Shown here: one piece after another, positions 1 through 10,280 of the stretch
Position numbering within the stretch: the stretch's first letter is position 1
Layout: each line of letters opens with the position of its first letter
Assembly: GCA_963706955.1 (NCBI GenBank)
Contig: CAVPOC010000011.1
Span: 19,033 to 83,032 of the forward strand
Reading direction: 5' to 3'
Origin: an uncultured Verrucomicrobiae bacterium
Lineage (GTDB): Bacteria > Verrucomicrobiota > Verrucomicrobiia > Chthoniobacterales > Terrimicrobiaceae
DNA length: 64,000 bases
Position numbers and translations under genes: made by a program
Notes under the pieces: model-generated
The model's database searches: none
What the model saw: only the letters and a program-made list of their open reading frames with translations
Told to the model about the DNA's origin: nothing

Positions 1-1
1 C

Positions 2-2059
2 GTCTATGGACTTCCCACTTTGCTGGTGGCGCTAATCGCGGCGGCCTTCGTCAACGTCTCGCTGTTGTCCGCGAATAAGAAAAACGAAATGTCTATCGGG
101 ACTCTCGGCGAACCTTCCACCTTGAACCCAATCCAACAGGCCGACGCTGCCGCGGGGGAAGTCCAGGCGGTCATCTTCAACGGGCTGCTCAAGTATGATC
201 AAAATCTGGAAATTACCACCGACCTGGCGAAGTCGTTTTCACTAAGCCAGACAACCACCATCTTCTTTCCCGATCCGAACGCGGCCTTGACAGCTCTTCT
301 GAACCTCGAGACCCAGCATTCCCGCTGGAAAGAGTGGAAGCTGAACGCCGTGCGCATCGAGGAGAACAGGCTCGTTCTTGAACTCGCCGAGCCAGGTATG
401 GAAAACTCGCACCAGATCGTTTCCGCTTTGCAACCGCTGCCAACCGTGCCGTTGCACGTGATCCGGGTTGACCTGCAAGATAAAGCGAAGGAAACGCTCG
501 AAGCGTTCTCAGCGACGGCGGAGGGGTCTCAGGTTGTGCGACAGTGGACCGAATCGGCATCCGCCTTTGAAATCACCGTCCCTGGCAACGTCGAAGAGTT
601 CCTCAAGAAGGTAGAGGGGTTCCTTGCCGCGAAACCGGAGCTCAATGCCCGCGCCCAAATCGTGGAGACCTTGCCCTTCCTCGCCGAGCCAGTCGTCCTG
701 TTTTCGCTGCGCGACGATGTTCGTTGGCACGACGGCGAGCCCTTCACTTCGAAAGATGTCGTTTTCACCTATCGAGCGATCATGGACGATGCGACGGCCT
801 CTCCCCGTAAGCCGGACTTCCTCTACATTCTGCGCATCGAAACTCCTGACGCTCACACCGTCCGGGTCGTCTATCGGAAGCCCTACTCACCCGCGCTCAG
901 CAGCTGGATGATCGGAATGCTCCCCGCGCACCTTCTCGATGGGAAACCACAGGAATGGTGGGCCAACAATTTCAATCGCCATCCCGTGGGGACTGGTCCC
1001 TTCCGTTTCGATGCGTGGAAGACGAATGAATATGTTCGCGTGGTGCGAAATCCGGATTACTTCGACGCTCCGGGGCCGTGGCTGGACTCCATCGTGTTTC
1101 GCGTCCTTCCCGATCAACTTTCTCTTCGGCTCGCTTTCGAGACCAGACAGGTTGATTTCTGGGCGGTCGATCCCTGGGCCGTGGGTCACTTCCAGGAAGA
1201 CAAACGATTCGACCTTTTTTCGACTCCAAGCAGTTCTTACACCTACGTCGGATGGAACTTGCGGCGCCCGATCTTCCAGGACGAACGGGTTCGGCAGGCG
1301 TTGGCCCACGCCGTCAATGTTCCTGAAATGGTCAAATATATTCTTTATGGCCATGGCGAGCAGAGCACAGGGATTTTCACGCCGAAGATGTGGTTCTTTG
1401 ATCCGAGCATCCAACCGTTCGCCTACGACCCGGAAAAGGCCCGCCAACTTCTCGCCGAGGCGGGCTGGAAGCCGGGCAAAGATGGCATCCTCGAGAAGGA
1501 CGGCGAGCGCTTCGCTTTTACCCTCATCACCAACAACGGAAATGAAATCCGACGTGACATCGCCACGCTGGTTCAGGACGACCTCAAGAAGCTTGGCATC
1601 GAAGTGAAGATCGAGCTCTATGAATGGGCCGTCTTTCTGAAGAACTTCATCAACAAGGGAAGCTTCGACGCCATGGTGCTCGGATGGGCTCTCGGACCGG
1701 ACTACGACCAGTACCAGATCTGGCACTCCTCGCAAAGCAATCCCGAACAACTCAACGTCGTCAATTACCGGAACCCGACTGTCGACAAGCTCCTTGTTGA
1801 GATTCGCCAGGAATACAACCGAGGCAAAATCATCGATCTCGCCGGGAAGTTGCAAGGAACCATCTATCAGGATCAACCCTATCTTTTCCTCTACGTTCCG
1901 CAGGGCACGTCAGTCATGTGGAAGGACAGCTATCGGATTCGGCGCCCGGACGGCCAAGGTGGCTGGGTCACTACGCCGGTGGAAATGACCAAAGCCGGCT
2001 GGGGCTACTACATGGACTGGTTTTACCGACCGGAGTTCGCGTCACTACTGCCAAAATGA
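2..2059 (+). CDS. Peptide/nickel ABC transporter substrate-binding protein (family 5, AppA/OppA-like); 5' end lies outside the window
   Basis: Frame is open from base 2. Motifs EPSTLNP, LRDDVRWHDGEPFTSKDVVFTY, PVGTGPF, FQDERVRQALAHAVN, YDPEKARQLLAEAGW. Confidence 0.95.
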   Translation, partial: VYGLPTLLVALIAAAFVNVSLLSANKKNEMSIGTLGEPSTLNPIQQADAAAGEVQAVIFNGLLKYDQNLEITTDLAKSFSLSQTTTIFFPDPNAALTALLNLETQHSRWKEWKLNAVRIEENRLVLELAEPGMENSHQIVSALQPLPTVPLHVIRVDLQDKAKETLEAFSATAEGSQVVRQWTESASAFEITVPGNVEEFLKKVEGFLAAKPELNARAQIVETLPFLAEPVVLFSLRDDVRWHDGEPFTSKDVVFTYRAIMDDATASPRKPDFLYILRIETPDAHTVRVVYRKPYSPALSSWMIGMLPAHLLDGKPQEWWANNFNRHPVGTGPFRFDAWKTNEYVRVVRNPDYFDAPGPWLDSIVFRVLPDQLSLRLAFETRQVDFWAVDPWAVGHFQEDKRFDLFSTPSSSYTYVGWNLRRPIFQDERVRQALAHAVNVPEMVKYILYGHGEQSTGIFTPKMWFFDPSIQPFAYDPEKARQLLAEAGWKPGKDGILEKDGERFAFTLITNNGNEIRRDIATLVQDDLKKLGIEVKIELYEWAVFLKNFINKGSFDAMVLGWALGPDYDQYQIWHSSQSNPEQLNVVNYRNPTVDKLLVEIRQEYNRGKIIDLAGKLQGTIYQDQPYLFLYVPQGTSVMWKDSYRIRRPDGQGGWVTTPVEMTKAGWGYYMDWFYRPEFASLLPK

Positions 2060-2078
2060 GCACGGCTCGTTCCCTCTC

Positions 2079-3041
2079 ATGCTAACCTTTATTTCCCGAC
2101 GCCTTCTCATCAGCGCCGTCCTACTCTTCCTTATCAGTGTAATATCCTTCTTCATTATTACACTGACACCGGGCAGTCCCTATCCCTGGGGAGAGCTCAA
2201 CCCGAGGATTACCCCGCAGGTCAAGGAGGCTTTCAGGAAGAAGTTCCACCTCGATCGTCCCCTTCATCAACAATACTGGCTGAATATGCGCGACCTCTTC
2301 AGCGGCCGGCTCAGGAGCATCAAGGATGACCGCCCAGTGCTCAGCCGGATCGCCGAACGCCTGCCGGCCACCGTATCGCTCAACGTTCTGGCCATTGTTC
2401 TTTCTCTCACGTTCGGATTGCTGCTCGGCGTATATGCCGCCAAGCATGCGGGCAGACTGCCGGATGTACTCACGTCCATTCTCGCTTTCGTCTTCATCGC
2501 GCTCCCGGGCTTCTGGGTTTCGGACCTGATCGTCATTGGGCTCGTGAAATTCACAAGCGCTCCGGTTCTCGGCACCCAAACCTACGGTATCGATTTCCCG
2601 AACGCCCTCTCGATGTGGCTAGACCGCTTTTGGCACCTCGCACTTCCCGCGATGGTCCTTTCGATCGGGGGCATTGCGGCGCAATCGCGCTACATCCGCG
2701 CCAGCATGATCGAGACTTTGCGCGAAGATTATATCCGCACCGCCTTGGCGAAAGGTCTGGCACACGACTCAGTCTTCTACAAGCACGCGCTTCGCAATTC
2801 CATTCGCCCGCTGATCACTGGCATCGGAGGCTTGTTGCCCGGACTGATTGGAGGTTCCATCATCATCGAGACAATCTTCGCCTACCCAGGGCTTGGGCGG
2901 TTGGGCTATGAAGCTGTCCTCGAGCGGGATTACCCGACGTTGGTCGCGCTGAACTTCATTGTTGCGGCCCTCGTCTTGCTTGGCAACCTGATCTCCGACG
3001 TCCTCTATGCCGTGGTCGACCCACGCGTCCGGCTCGAGTAA
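2079..3041 (+). CDS. Peptide ABC transporter permease (OppB/DppB-like)
   Basis: Hydrophobic helices, EAA-loop region EDYIRTALAKGL, C-terminal DVLYAVVDPRVR. Confidence 0.95.
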   Translation: MLTFISRRLLISAVLLFLISVISFFIITLTPGSPYPWGELNPRITPQVKEAFRKKFHLDRPLHQQYWLNMRDLFSGRLRSIKDDRPVLSRIAERLPATVSLNVLAIVLSLTFGLLLGVYAAKHAGRLPDVLTSILAFVFIALPGFWVSDLIVIGLVKFTSAPVLGTQTYGIDFPNALSMWLDRFWHLALPAMVLSIGGIAAQSRYIRASMIETLREDYIRTALAKGLAHDSVFYKHALRNSIRPLITGIGGLLPGLIGGSIIIETIFAYPGLGRLGYEAVLERDYPTLVALNFIVAALVLLGNLISDVLYAVVDPRVRLE

Positions 3042-3953
3042 ATGATCACCGATTCGCAACTTTCCGTCGCAGAATCAACCCGCACAGAGTTCGCTGGCCC
3101 AACCCGCCGCGTCTGGATCCGGTTTTGCCGCAACACCGTGGGCGTAATCGCCGCAGGCGTCGTTGCTCTATTCTTCCTGGTCGCGATCACTACAGGGATT
3201 GCTGCATGGTCGGGTTCCTATTTTCCACACGATCCGAACTCCACCAACCTGGCCCTCAAACTCAAGCCGCCCAGCCAGGAACACTGGCTCGGCACCGACA
3301 ACCTCGGACGTGACGTCTTCTCCCGCATGCTCAATGGATCCTACATTTCCTTGACTGTAGGTTTCATCGCGGTGGCGGTCTCGCTCCTTATCGGCGTCAC
3401 TGTGGGAGCCGTTTCCGGCTATCTCGGCGGATGGGTGGATAACGTGACGATGCGCATCGTGGACGCCATTCTTTGTTTTCCGACCTTTTTTCTCATTCTC
3501 ACTGCTGTAGCCCTTCTGGGTCCGAACATTCTCAACATTATCGCCGTGATCGGACTCGTTAGTTGGACAGGAACGGCCCGGTTGGTCCGAGCGGAGTTTC
3601 TCACCCTGCGCGAAAGCGAATACGTGCGCGCTGCGCGCACACTCGGTCAGCGCTCTCTGCTGATCATATTTCGCCATATCCTCCCAAATGCGGCCGCACC
3701 TATCATCGTGACAGCTGTCCTCGGCATTCCCGAAGCGATCCTGACTGAGGCAAGCTTAAGTTTCTTAGGTTTTGGCGTGCAACCACCCCAGGCTACCTGG
3801 GGCAATATCATCAGCGATGGCAAGACCTACCTCCTCGATGCCTGGTGGCTGATCGTCTTTCCGGGACTCGCCATCTTTGTCGCCGCACTGTCCTTTTATC
3901 TCGCTGGCGATGCCCTTCGCCAGGCATCCGAAACCCGCTCCGAGAAGAAATGA
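3042..3953 (+). CDS. Peptide ABC transporter permease (OppC/DppC-like)
   Basis: HWLGTDNLGRDVFSR, EYVRAARTLG, IIFRHILPN, LSFLGFG. Confidence 0.95.
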   Translation: MITDSQLSVAESTRTEFAGPTRRVWIRFCRNTVGVIAAGVVALFFLVAITTGIAAWSGSYFPHDPNSTNLALKLKPPSQEHWLGTDNLGRDVFSRMLNGSYISLTVGFIAVAVSLLIGVTVGAVSGYLGGWVDNVTMRIVDAILCFPTFFLILTAVALLGPNILNIIAVIGLVSWTGTARLVRAEFLTLRESEYVRAARTLGQRSLLIIFRHILPNAAAPIIVTAVLGIPEAILTEASLSFLGFGVQPPQATWGNIISDGKTYLLDAWWLIVFPGLAIFVAALSFYLAGDALRQASETRSEKK

Positions 3954-4795
3954 CCGCTCCCAACCTGCTTGAAGTCCGCCAGCTTTCCATTCGCTTCAAC
4001 ACCGATGATGGTCCAGTCGAGGCGGTCAAAAACGTCTCGTTTTCGTTAAAAGAAGGAGCCTCCCTGGCGATTGTCGGCGAAAGCGGAAGTGGCAAGAGCG
4101 TCACCGCCCTCTCGCTGACCCGCCTGCTGCCGGAGCCTCCGGCGGAGATTTTCCACGGCGATATCGTTTTTCGCGGCGAACATGTTCTCGAGATGGACGT
4201 AAAACACCTTCGCGCCATCCGTGGCGGAGGTATCGCCTACATCTTTCAAGAACCTTCCACGTCGCTCAACCCGGTCTATACCATCCGCAGCCAGATCGCC
4301 GAAGCAATTCAGCTGCACCGCCCGGAAGTTAAGGATATCGACGCCGAGATCGTTCGCTGCTTGACCGCAGTCGGCATTGTCAACCCCCAGCAGCGCATGC
4401 TCGATTACCCGCATCAACTTAGCGGAGGAATGCAGCAACGAGCGATGATCGCGATGGCCCTGAGTTGCCGGCCAAATCTCCTCGTGGCCGACGAACCGAC
4501 GACCGCTCTCGACGTCACCATCCAGGCGCAAATCCTCGCCGAGCTCAAGCGGCTGCGTGTCGAGTTTGGCATGGGACTTATCCTGATCACTCACAACATC
4601 GCCATCATTGGTGGCCTTTGCGACCGTGTCGCCGTGATGTTCCGCGGCCAAGTCGTCGAATACGGCGAGAGCGACAGCGTTTTGAGAAACCCGCAACATC
4701 CGTACACCAAGGCTCTGATTGCGTGCGTTCCGCGCCTTGGATCCAAAGAGAAACGCCTCAAAACCATCGAGTACGACTGGCTGTCACAGGCCTGA
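3950..4795 (+). CDS. Peptide ABC transporter ATP-binding protein (OppD/DppD-like)
   Basis: Walker [37 protein letters not shown] at 3950 overlaps the upstream stop (ATGA). Confidence 0.95.
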   Translation: MTAPNLLEVRQLSIRFNTDDGPVEAVKNVSFSLKEGASLAIVGESGSGKSVTALSLTRLLPEPPAEIFHGDIVFRGEHVLEMDVKHLRAIRGGGIAYIFQEPSTSLNPVYTIRSQIAEAIQLHRPEVKDIDAEIVRCLTAVGIVNPQQRMLDYPHQLSGGMQQRAMIAMALSCRPNLLVADEPTTALDVTIQAQILAELKRLRVEFGMGLILITHNIAIIGGLCDRVAVMFRGQVVEYGESDSVLRNPQHPYTKALIACVPRLGSKEKRLKTIEYDWLSQA

Positions 4796-4880
4796 TTTTT
4801 TTCCGGTTCTTTGTTGTCAGACGGTCGGGTTTTGCCAAAGTCCCCGTGAGCAACTTGCTATGAAAGGAGGGGAGATTCTC

Positions 4881-5003
4881 GTGAAATTGATCAAAGTCCT
4901 TGCTGCACTCGCAATCGCGGCCGCCAGTCTGAGCCTCGGCGCTTGTGCGCAAAAATCCCAGGCGGCGCCGCCGCCACCGCCCACTGTGGGAACCTACAAG
5001 TAG
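4881..5003 (+). CDS. Small (40 aa) proline-rich lipoprotein
   Basis: Strong SD (AAAGGAGGGG) before GTG at 4881; MKLIKVLAALAIAAASLSLGA-C lipobox; followed by a hairpin. Confidence 0.65.
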   Translation: MKLIKVLAALAIAAASLSLGACAQKSQAAPPPPPTVGTYK

Positions 5004-5008
5004 TCATT

Positions 5009-5623
5009 TTATAGCCGGGCGGGTTCAAGGCCCGCCCGGCCTTGCTTTGGGTTTGTCCGGCTCACGTGCGGATTGCCTGCCGCGTAGAACCTCCACGGCA
5101 GTTCCACCGCTCGCGAGATGCCAATCCGCAGAGAGGTGTTGATCAAGCGTTCGCCGAGCCCGCGTGAAAAGGCAAAATTTGCGTCGGAGCACATGTCCCT
5201 GCCGTGGTGACATCCCGTTACACCTAGAGCTTTGGTCAACTTGCCAGGCCCCGAGCACAATTGTCTCAGGTCCTCCACTCCCCTCGCCTTCTTCATCTCT
5301 TCGATCCCCTCGAGCGGCTCGAGCGCCCGGATGAGCACGAATCCCGTCCGCTCGGCTTTGACCAGAACGTTCAGCATCCAGTGGACTCCGTAGCTAAAAT
5401 AGACGTAAGCCGCACCCGGTTGCTGATCACCTACAAAGGCTCGGGCACTGGGACGAAAGGCTGTATGGCAGGCGTCGTCTCCCTCCGCGTCGTAGGCCTC
5501 CGTCTCAACGACAATTCCGCTGAGCATGCCGCAAGTCAGCTTGCACCCGACGAGCCCTCGCGCACAGGTTACTGGATCGCGCTGAAAAAAACACCGCTCT
5601 AGCATAAGCGCCCCTCGATTCAT
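5009..5623 (-). CDS. mpg: DNA-3-methyladenine glycosylase (MPG/AAG family)
   Basis: IVVETEAY, GAAYVY..YGVHWMLNV, VLIRALEP, CSGPGKL, RIGISRA..LPWRFY. Confidence 0.93.
   Translation of the reverse strand: MNRGALMLERCFFQRDPVTCARGLVGCKLTCGMLSGIVVETEAYDAEGDDACHTAFRPSARAFVGDQQPGAAYVYFSYGVHWMLNVLVKAERTGFVLIRALEPLEGIEEMKKARGVEDLRQLCSGPGKLTKALGVTGCHHGRDMCSDANFAFSRGLGERLINTSLRIGISRAVELPWRFYAAGNPHVSRTNPKQGRAGLEPARL
5014..5040. terminator. GC-rich hairpin at the convergence of the lipoprotein gene and mpg; probable intrinsic terminator
   Basis: GCCGGGCGGG-7nt-CCCGCCCGGC, perfect 10-bp stem, followed on + by CTTGCTTT. Confidence 0.6.
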
Positions 5624-5823
5624 AATTGCTTATCGAAGCCAAAATCCTCGCTGACCTGCAAATTGGAGGCAACGACAAGTTGTGCGGCGACCAAACACAT
5701 CGTGGCACGAGGGCCGCGCCTCGAGCTTAGAACCGGTCTCTGCGAGGATAGAATGTTCTCGAGTATTGATCCTCCAACCCGCAAAGTGTTGAAATTTCGG
5801 CAGCATCTCGGCGAAATTGGAGC

Positions 5824-6426
5824 ATGGACGGCACGAAGCAATCGAATATCGAGCCCGTCAAAGGCGACGCGCTGATCATCGTTGACGTGCAATACGATTT
5901 TCTGCCCGGAGGTGCGCTCGCTGTTGCCGAAAGTGATCAAATCCTCCCAGTGCTTAACCAGTACATCGGCGTTTTCGAGCGGCGCAGTTTGCCGATATTC
6001 ATGACGCGTGACTGGCATCCTCCGAATCACTGCTCCTTCCAAGAATATGGCGGACCCTGGCCCACACACTGCGTCGCTGAGAGTCGAGGCGCCGCGTTTT
6101 CAGAGGAACTCAAATTCAATTCTCCGACCACGATTGTTTCCAAGGCCACCACTCCCGAGCGAGAGTGCTATTCGGACTTTGGCACGACCAATTTCGAGAC
6201 TGACCTTCGCGCAAAGGGCATCGCGCGGCTCTTTGTTGGCGGGCTGGCGACGGATTATTGCGTCTTCAACACCGTTAAGGACGCGCTCGCACTCGGCTTC
6301 ACAACGTTCCTCCTCCGAGATGCCATCCGTGGTGTGAACGTCCAAGCTGACGATAGCGAAAATGCCCAACAAGAAATGATTCGGCTGGGCGCAGTGTCGA
6401 TCGAATTTCAAGATCTCGCAGCGTGA
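5824..6426 (+). CDS. pncA: Nicotinamidase/pyrazinamidase (isochorismatase family)
   Basis: IIVDVQYDFLPGGAL, DWHP, WPTHCV, GLATDYCV. Confidence 0.93.
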   Translation: MDGTKQSNIEPVKGDALIIVDVQYDFLPGGALAVAESDQILPVLNQYIGVFERRSLPIFMTRDWHPPNHCSFQEYGGPWPTHCVAESRGAAFSEELKFNSPTTIVSKATTPERECYSDFGTTNFETDLRAKGIARLFVGGLATDYCVFNTVKDALALGFTTFLLRDAIRGVNVQADDSENAQQEMIRLGAVSIEFQDLAA

Positions 6427-7784
6427 AGATCGACTACGGCCCGCTGCTGACCGATCGCTATCAACTGACCATGCTCCAGGCCTACTGGCAGCATGAGATG
6501 CACGAGACGGCCGTCTTTGAATTCTTCGTCCGTAAGCTGCCCCCGGAGCGCAATTTTCTTGTCGCCGCCGGTCTCGAGCCGGCTCTCGAATTTCTCGAAC
6601 AATTTGCCTTTTCAAAAGAGGAGATCGACTGGCTGGCTCAGGCAGAGCACTTCCGTCCCGATTTCCTTCGATGGCTCGAAGGAGTGCGTTTCACCGGCGA
6701 CGTCAATGCGATGCCTGAAGGCACGGTGTTCTTCCCAAATGAACCGATCCTCCAAATTATCGCGCCGCTGCCCGAGGCGCAGGTCGTTGAAACTCGCCTG
6801 ATCAATCTCCTCAACTTTCAAACGGCCGTCGCGTCCAAGGCTGCGCGGTCGAGTCTGGTGGCTCCCGGTAAATTGCTGGTCGAATTTGGGCTGCGCCGAG
6901 CCCACGGCGCCGACGCCGCCCTGATGGCCGCGCGCGCATGCTATATCGTCGGCTTTCAAGGCACCTCTAATGTTCTCGCGGGTCGGTTGTTCGATATTCC
7001 TCTCTATGGCACGATGGCACATTCGTTTATTCAAGCACATGAGGACGAAGCCGAGGCTTTTGAGAATTTTGCCGATGCGAATTCCGGCGACATCGTCCTC
7101 TTGATCGATACCTACGACACCAAAGCTGCTGCCGAAAAAGTCACTCAGCTGGCCGTCGCGTGGAAAGAACGCGGCATCAAAATCAAGGGAGTGCGGATCG
7201 ATAGCGGAGATCTCGGCAGCGAAGCCCGAAAGGTCCGCGCGATTCTCGACAAGGCCCAATTGCGCGACATAACTATCTTCGCCAGCGGAAACCTGGACGA
7301 GTATCTGCTCCGCGATCTCGTCGAAGCCCACACGCCTATCGACGGTTTTGGGATCGGAACGAAACTAGACACTTCCTCAGACGCACCCTATCTGAACTGC
7401 GCCTATAAACTGCAGGAATACGCCGGCCGCCCAAGACGCAAGCATTCTGAGGGAAAGGCCACCTGGCCGGGCCGCAAGCAGGTCCATCGCGATCTCGATG
7501 ATTCCGGTCGAATGACCAGCGACATCTTAGCCTTTCATGATGAGAAGCCGGTCGCCGGTTTGCTCGTTCCGGTCATGCGCAAGGGTAAGCGGCTCGCCCA
7601 GCCAACGCCGTTGGCGGATGTGCGCCACTACGCCACCAACCAGCTCGCGCACCTCCCCAACCGCTTACGAACTCTCGATCGCGGCGACCCCTATCCGGTG
7701 ACCGTCTCCCCTTCGCTGCAAGAATGTGCCCGCGCTCTCGACGTGCAAAACGTCCGTAACAGGACTTCGAAAACGGGCACCTAA
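6423..7784 (+). CDS. pncB: Nicotinate phosphoribosyltransferase
   Basis: LLTDRYQLTM, EFGLRRAHG, GTSNV, GTMAHS, LIDTYD, GVRIDSGD; 4-bp overlap with pncA. Confidence 0.96.
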   Translation: MKIDYGPLLTDRYQLTMLQAYWQHEMHETAVFEFFVRKLPPERNFLVAAGLEPALEFLEQFAFSKEEIDWLAQAEHFRPDFLRWLEGVRFTGDVNAMPEGTVFFPNEPILQIIAPLPEAQVVETRLINLLNFQTAVASKAARSSLVAPGKLLVEFGLRRAHGADAALMAARACYIVGFQGTSNVLAGRLFDIPLYGTMAHSFIQAHEDEAEAFENFADANSGDIVLLIDTYDTKAAAEKVTQLAVAWKERGIKIKGVRIDSGDLGSEARKVRAILDKAQLRDITIFASGNLDEYLLRDLVEAHTPIDGFGIGTKLDTSSDAPYLNCAYKLQEYAGRPRRKHSEGKATWPGRKQVHRDLDDSGRMTSDILAFHDEKPVAGLLVPVMRKGKRLAQPTPLADVRHYATNQLAHLPNRLRTLDRGDPYPVTVSPSLQECARALDVQNVRNRTSKTGT

Positions 7785-7889
7785 GCGTATTTGCCAATAA
7801 TGTGTTCGCGAGGATCAGTTCAAACATTTGTGGAGGCGCCACTACAACTCGGCCGTTACCGCTCTTATAATAACCGCGGGTTTCTGAAC

Positions 7890-8558
7890 CTAAGGCGCCA
7901 GTCGCTCGACCCTCCACGAGCCATTCGGTTCGCGGCGATACTCAAATCGATCGTGGAGTCGATTTCGCCCTCCTTGCCAGAATTCAATCGTTTCCGGCGC
8001 GACTCTGTAGCCGCCCCAAAATGGCGGGAGCGACACTTTCTTGTTGGCGAACTTCCGCTCTACTTTCTCCCACTCGCTCTCGAGGATCGTTCGCGAACCG
8101 ATTGGGCGGCTCTGCGGCGACGCCCACGCCGAGATCTGGCTATCACGTGGACGAATCTCGAAATAGCTTGAGACTTCGCTGTTCGTGACGCGAGAGACCG
8201 AACCGGTCACAATTACCTGACGTTCCAGAGCCAGCCACGGAAAGAGCAGAGAAGCATTCGGATTTTCATCGAGCTGGCGAGCCTTGCGGCTCTCCAGGTT
8301 GGTATAGAAGACGAAACCCCGCGCATCCAGGCTCTTCAACAAGACCGTTCGAACGCTGGGTCGCCCATTTTTCCAAGCGGTCGCGAGGCTCATGGCGTTG
8401 GGCTCAATCATGCCGGCGCCTAATGCCTCGTTCAGCCATAAAGCAAATTGCTCGAGCGGGTCGGCATGAAGATCGACACGCCGCAACCTGCGCGCGCCAT
8501 AGGTTCTTCTAATTTCTGCAATTCTTTGAGAAGCTTCGTCCACCGCGATTTCACCCAT
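7890..8558 (-). CDS. pdxH: Pyridoxamine 5'-phosphate oxidase
   Basis: EPNAMSLAT, RTVLLK, FYTNLESRKA, WGGYRV, EFWQG..RLHDR, RLAP end. Confidence 0.96.
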   Translation of the reverse strand: MGEIAVDEASQRIAEIRRTYGARRLRRVDLHADPLEQFALWLNEALGAGMIEPNAMSLATAWKNGRPSVRTVLLKSLDARGFVFYTNLESRKARQLDENPNASLLFPWLALERQVIVTGSVSRVTNSEVSSYFEIRPRDSQISAWASPQSRPIGSRTILESEWEKVERKFANKKVSLPPFWGGYRVAPETIEFWQGGRNRLHDRFEYRREPNGSWRVERLAP

Positions 8559-8582
8559 ATCACAATCTCGGCGGGCGTGCGG

Positions 8583-10274
8583 CTATTTTGCAGTGGAGCG
8601 CGCACCCGTCTGCCTTTTCGAACTGACGCGACTTTCGTCAGGCTGAGCGCGCCGGTCCGCCAAAGCTTTCAAGAGGTTCGTAATTGTTGCTTCCGGTCGA
8701 GCTTTCGAGGCGATGGCGACGAATTCAGGTGCGGGGAGTTCGTTGGGCGGTTCATACGAGTCGCTCAGCGTCTCGAAATCTTCAAACCGCGCGTCAGAGA
8801 CTTGGGCGTTCTTACCGGTGCGATCCTTGAGCCGTTGTCGGATCCTTTTGTCAGAAGCCTTTGCTTCAACAAAAAAGAAAGCGATGCCAGCTCTTCTAAG
8901 TTTTTCTCGAAGTTGATCGCGAAGGAACCGCCGGCTGTAGGTCGCATCAAGAATCACGCTGCGTCGATTTCGGACGTGCCTGATAGCACTTGCGAAGAGT
9001 GCTTGGTAAGTCCTCACCGTCATCTCCTCGGCATAGAGTCGCTGTTTTTCCTCTGCGTTCACCACACGCCGGCGAAGCGGCACTCGGGCCAGAGTTTTCC
9101 GGAGCACATCCGAAGAAAATACTTCCCAGTCGAGTTCGCGTCCGAGCATTCGCGCGAGGGTGCTTTTTCCCGAGGCGATCCGACCCATCACGACCACAAC
9201 CAGGGGCTTTGAGCCGGCCACGGCATACCGAAGAGCAAGCTTGAAGTAACTCCTCGCCTTCCTGAGGCTGCCTTCCTTGGCAGTGACCTCCCGCGCCCCG
9301 AGACTTTGAATCGTCTCCACCTTCCCCCGAACATACGCCCGATAGCACTTGTAGAAATCAACCACTGCCAGCAAATCTTCGTCGCGCAATGCACGCGCCA
9401 TCTGGCTGACAAAATAGTCAGCCAAATCAGGCCGACCTTGGTAGTCGAAATCCATTGCCAGAAAAGCCAGGTCGTTCGCCCAATCGAGGTAGCGGAGACG
9501 ATCGTTGAACTCGATGCAGTCGTAAATCGAAAGATGCCTCGGACCCAGGTGAATATGCTCCAGGCGCAGATCGCCGTGACAATCGCGAATTCGGTGTTCA
9601 CGCATCCGTCGTGCGCAGAGACTGGCATTGCCGCGATAAAATTTCATCGTAAAGTGCCGAACGGCCGCAAAAGCGGCCCGCGAGATCGAACTTCCGACAA
9701 ATTTTTCTGTTTGCCGGAAGTTTTCGTTGGTGCTGATCTTCAACTTCTCGATACCTCCCCATCGTGTGATCGCCGCCGTTGGAGTCTGCGCCTCGTAGAA
9801 CTTTCTCAGCGCAGAGACAATTCGGTTCATCTGGGGACGGCCGACCTTTTTGAGCCGGATCAGCCGGGGAAGGAAATAGCGCGGATCGAGTTTCCGCATC
9901 TGAACTGCATACTCCACGGTCGCGCCGCCATCGGAGAACGTCAGTTTTCCATCGTTCATGAAGATTGGCAGAACTCCCAAATGAACGTGTGAGCTTAGTC
10001 TCCTGTTGAGCAGGACTTCTCGTTCACAGAAGTGACGGCGTTTTTCCAGCGTCGAAAAATCGAGAAACCCCAAGTCGACCGCTTTTTTCACTTTGTAGAC
10101 ATGCCGGGCGGTGATGACTACGTAGGAAGCGTGGGTCTGGAGAAACCGGACACTCCGCGGACGTTCCGGATAGGAATGGCGATTACAGAGGAAGGAAATC
10201 AGCTGTTCCTTAGTAACCGTCCTTCCGCGGGCGAAATCCTTCGCGGATCCGCTTCTCAAGGGAGGGCATTTCAC
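8583..10274 (-). CDS. Bifunctional aminoglycoside-phosphotransferase-like / AAA_33 kinase protein (Rv2004c-like)
   Basis: THAS..VYKVKK..LGFLDFSTLE, CHGDLRLEHI, DCIEFND, C-terminal P-loop GRIASGKS. Confidence 0.9.
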   Translation of the reverse strand: MKCPPLRSGSAKDFARGRTVTKEQLISFLCNRHSYPERPRSVRFLQTHASYVVITARHVYKVKKAVDLGFLDFSTLEKRRHFCEREVLLNRRLSSHVHLGVLPIFMNDGKLTFSDGGATVEYAVQMRKLDPRYFLPRLIRLKKVGRPQMNRIVSALRKFYEAQTPTAAITRWGGIEKLKISTNENFRQTEKFVGSSISRAAFAAVRHFTMKFYRGNASLCARRMREHRIRDCHGDLRLEHIHLGPRHLSIYDCIEFNDRLRYLDWANDLAFLAMDFDYQGRPDLADYFVSQMARALRDEDLLAVVDFYKCYRAYVRGKVETIQSLGAREVTAKEGSLRKARSYFKLALRYAVAGSKPLVVVVMGRIASGKSTLARMLGRELDWEVFSSDVLRKTLARVPLRRRVVNAEEKQRLYAEEMTVRTYQALFASAIRHVRNRRSVILDATYSRRFLRDQLREKLRRAGIAFFFVEAKASDKRIRQRLKDRTGKNAQVSDARFEDFETLSDSYEPPNELPAPEFVAIASKARPEATITNLLKALADRRAQPDESRVSSKRQTGARSTAK

Positions 10275-10280
10275 TTGAAG

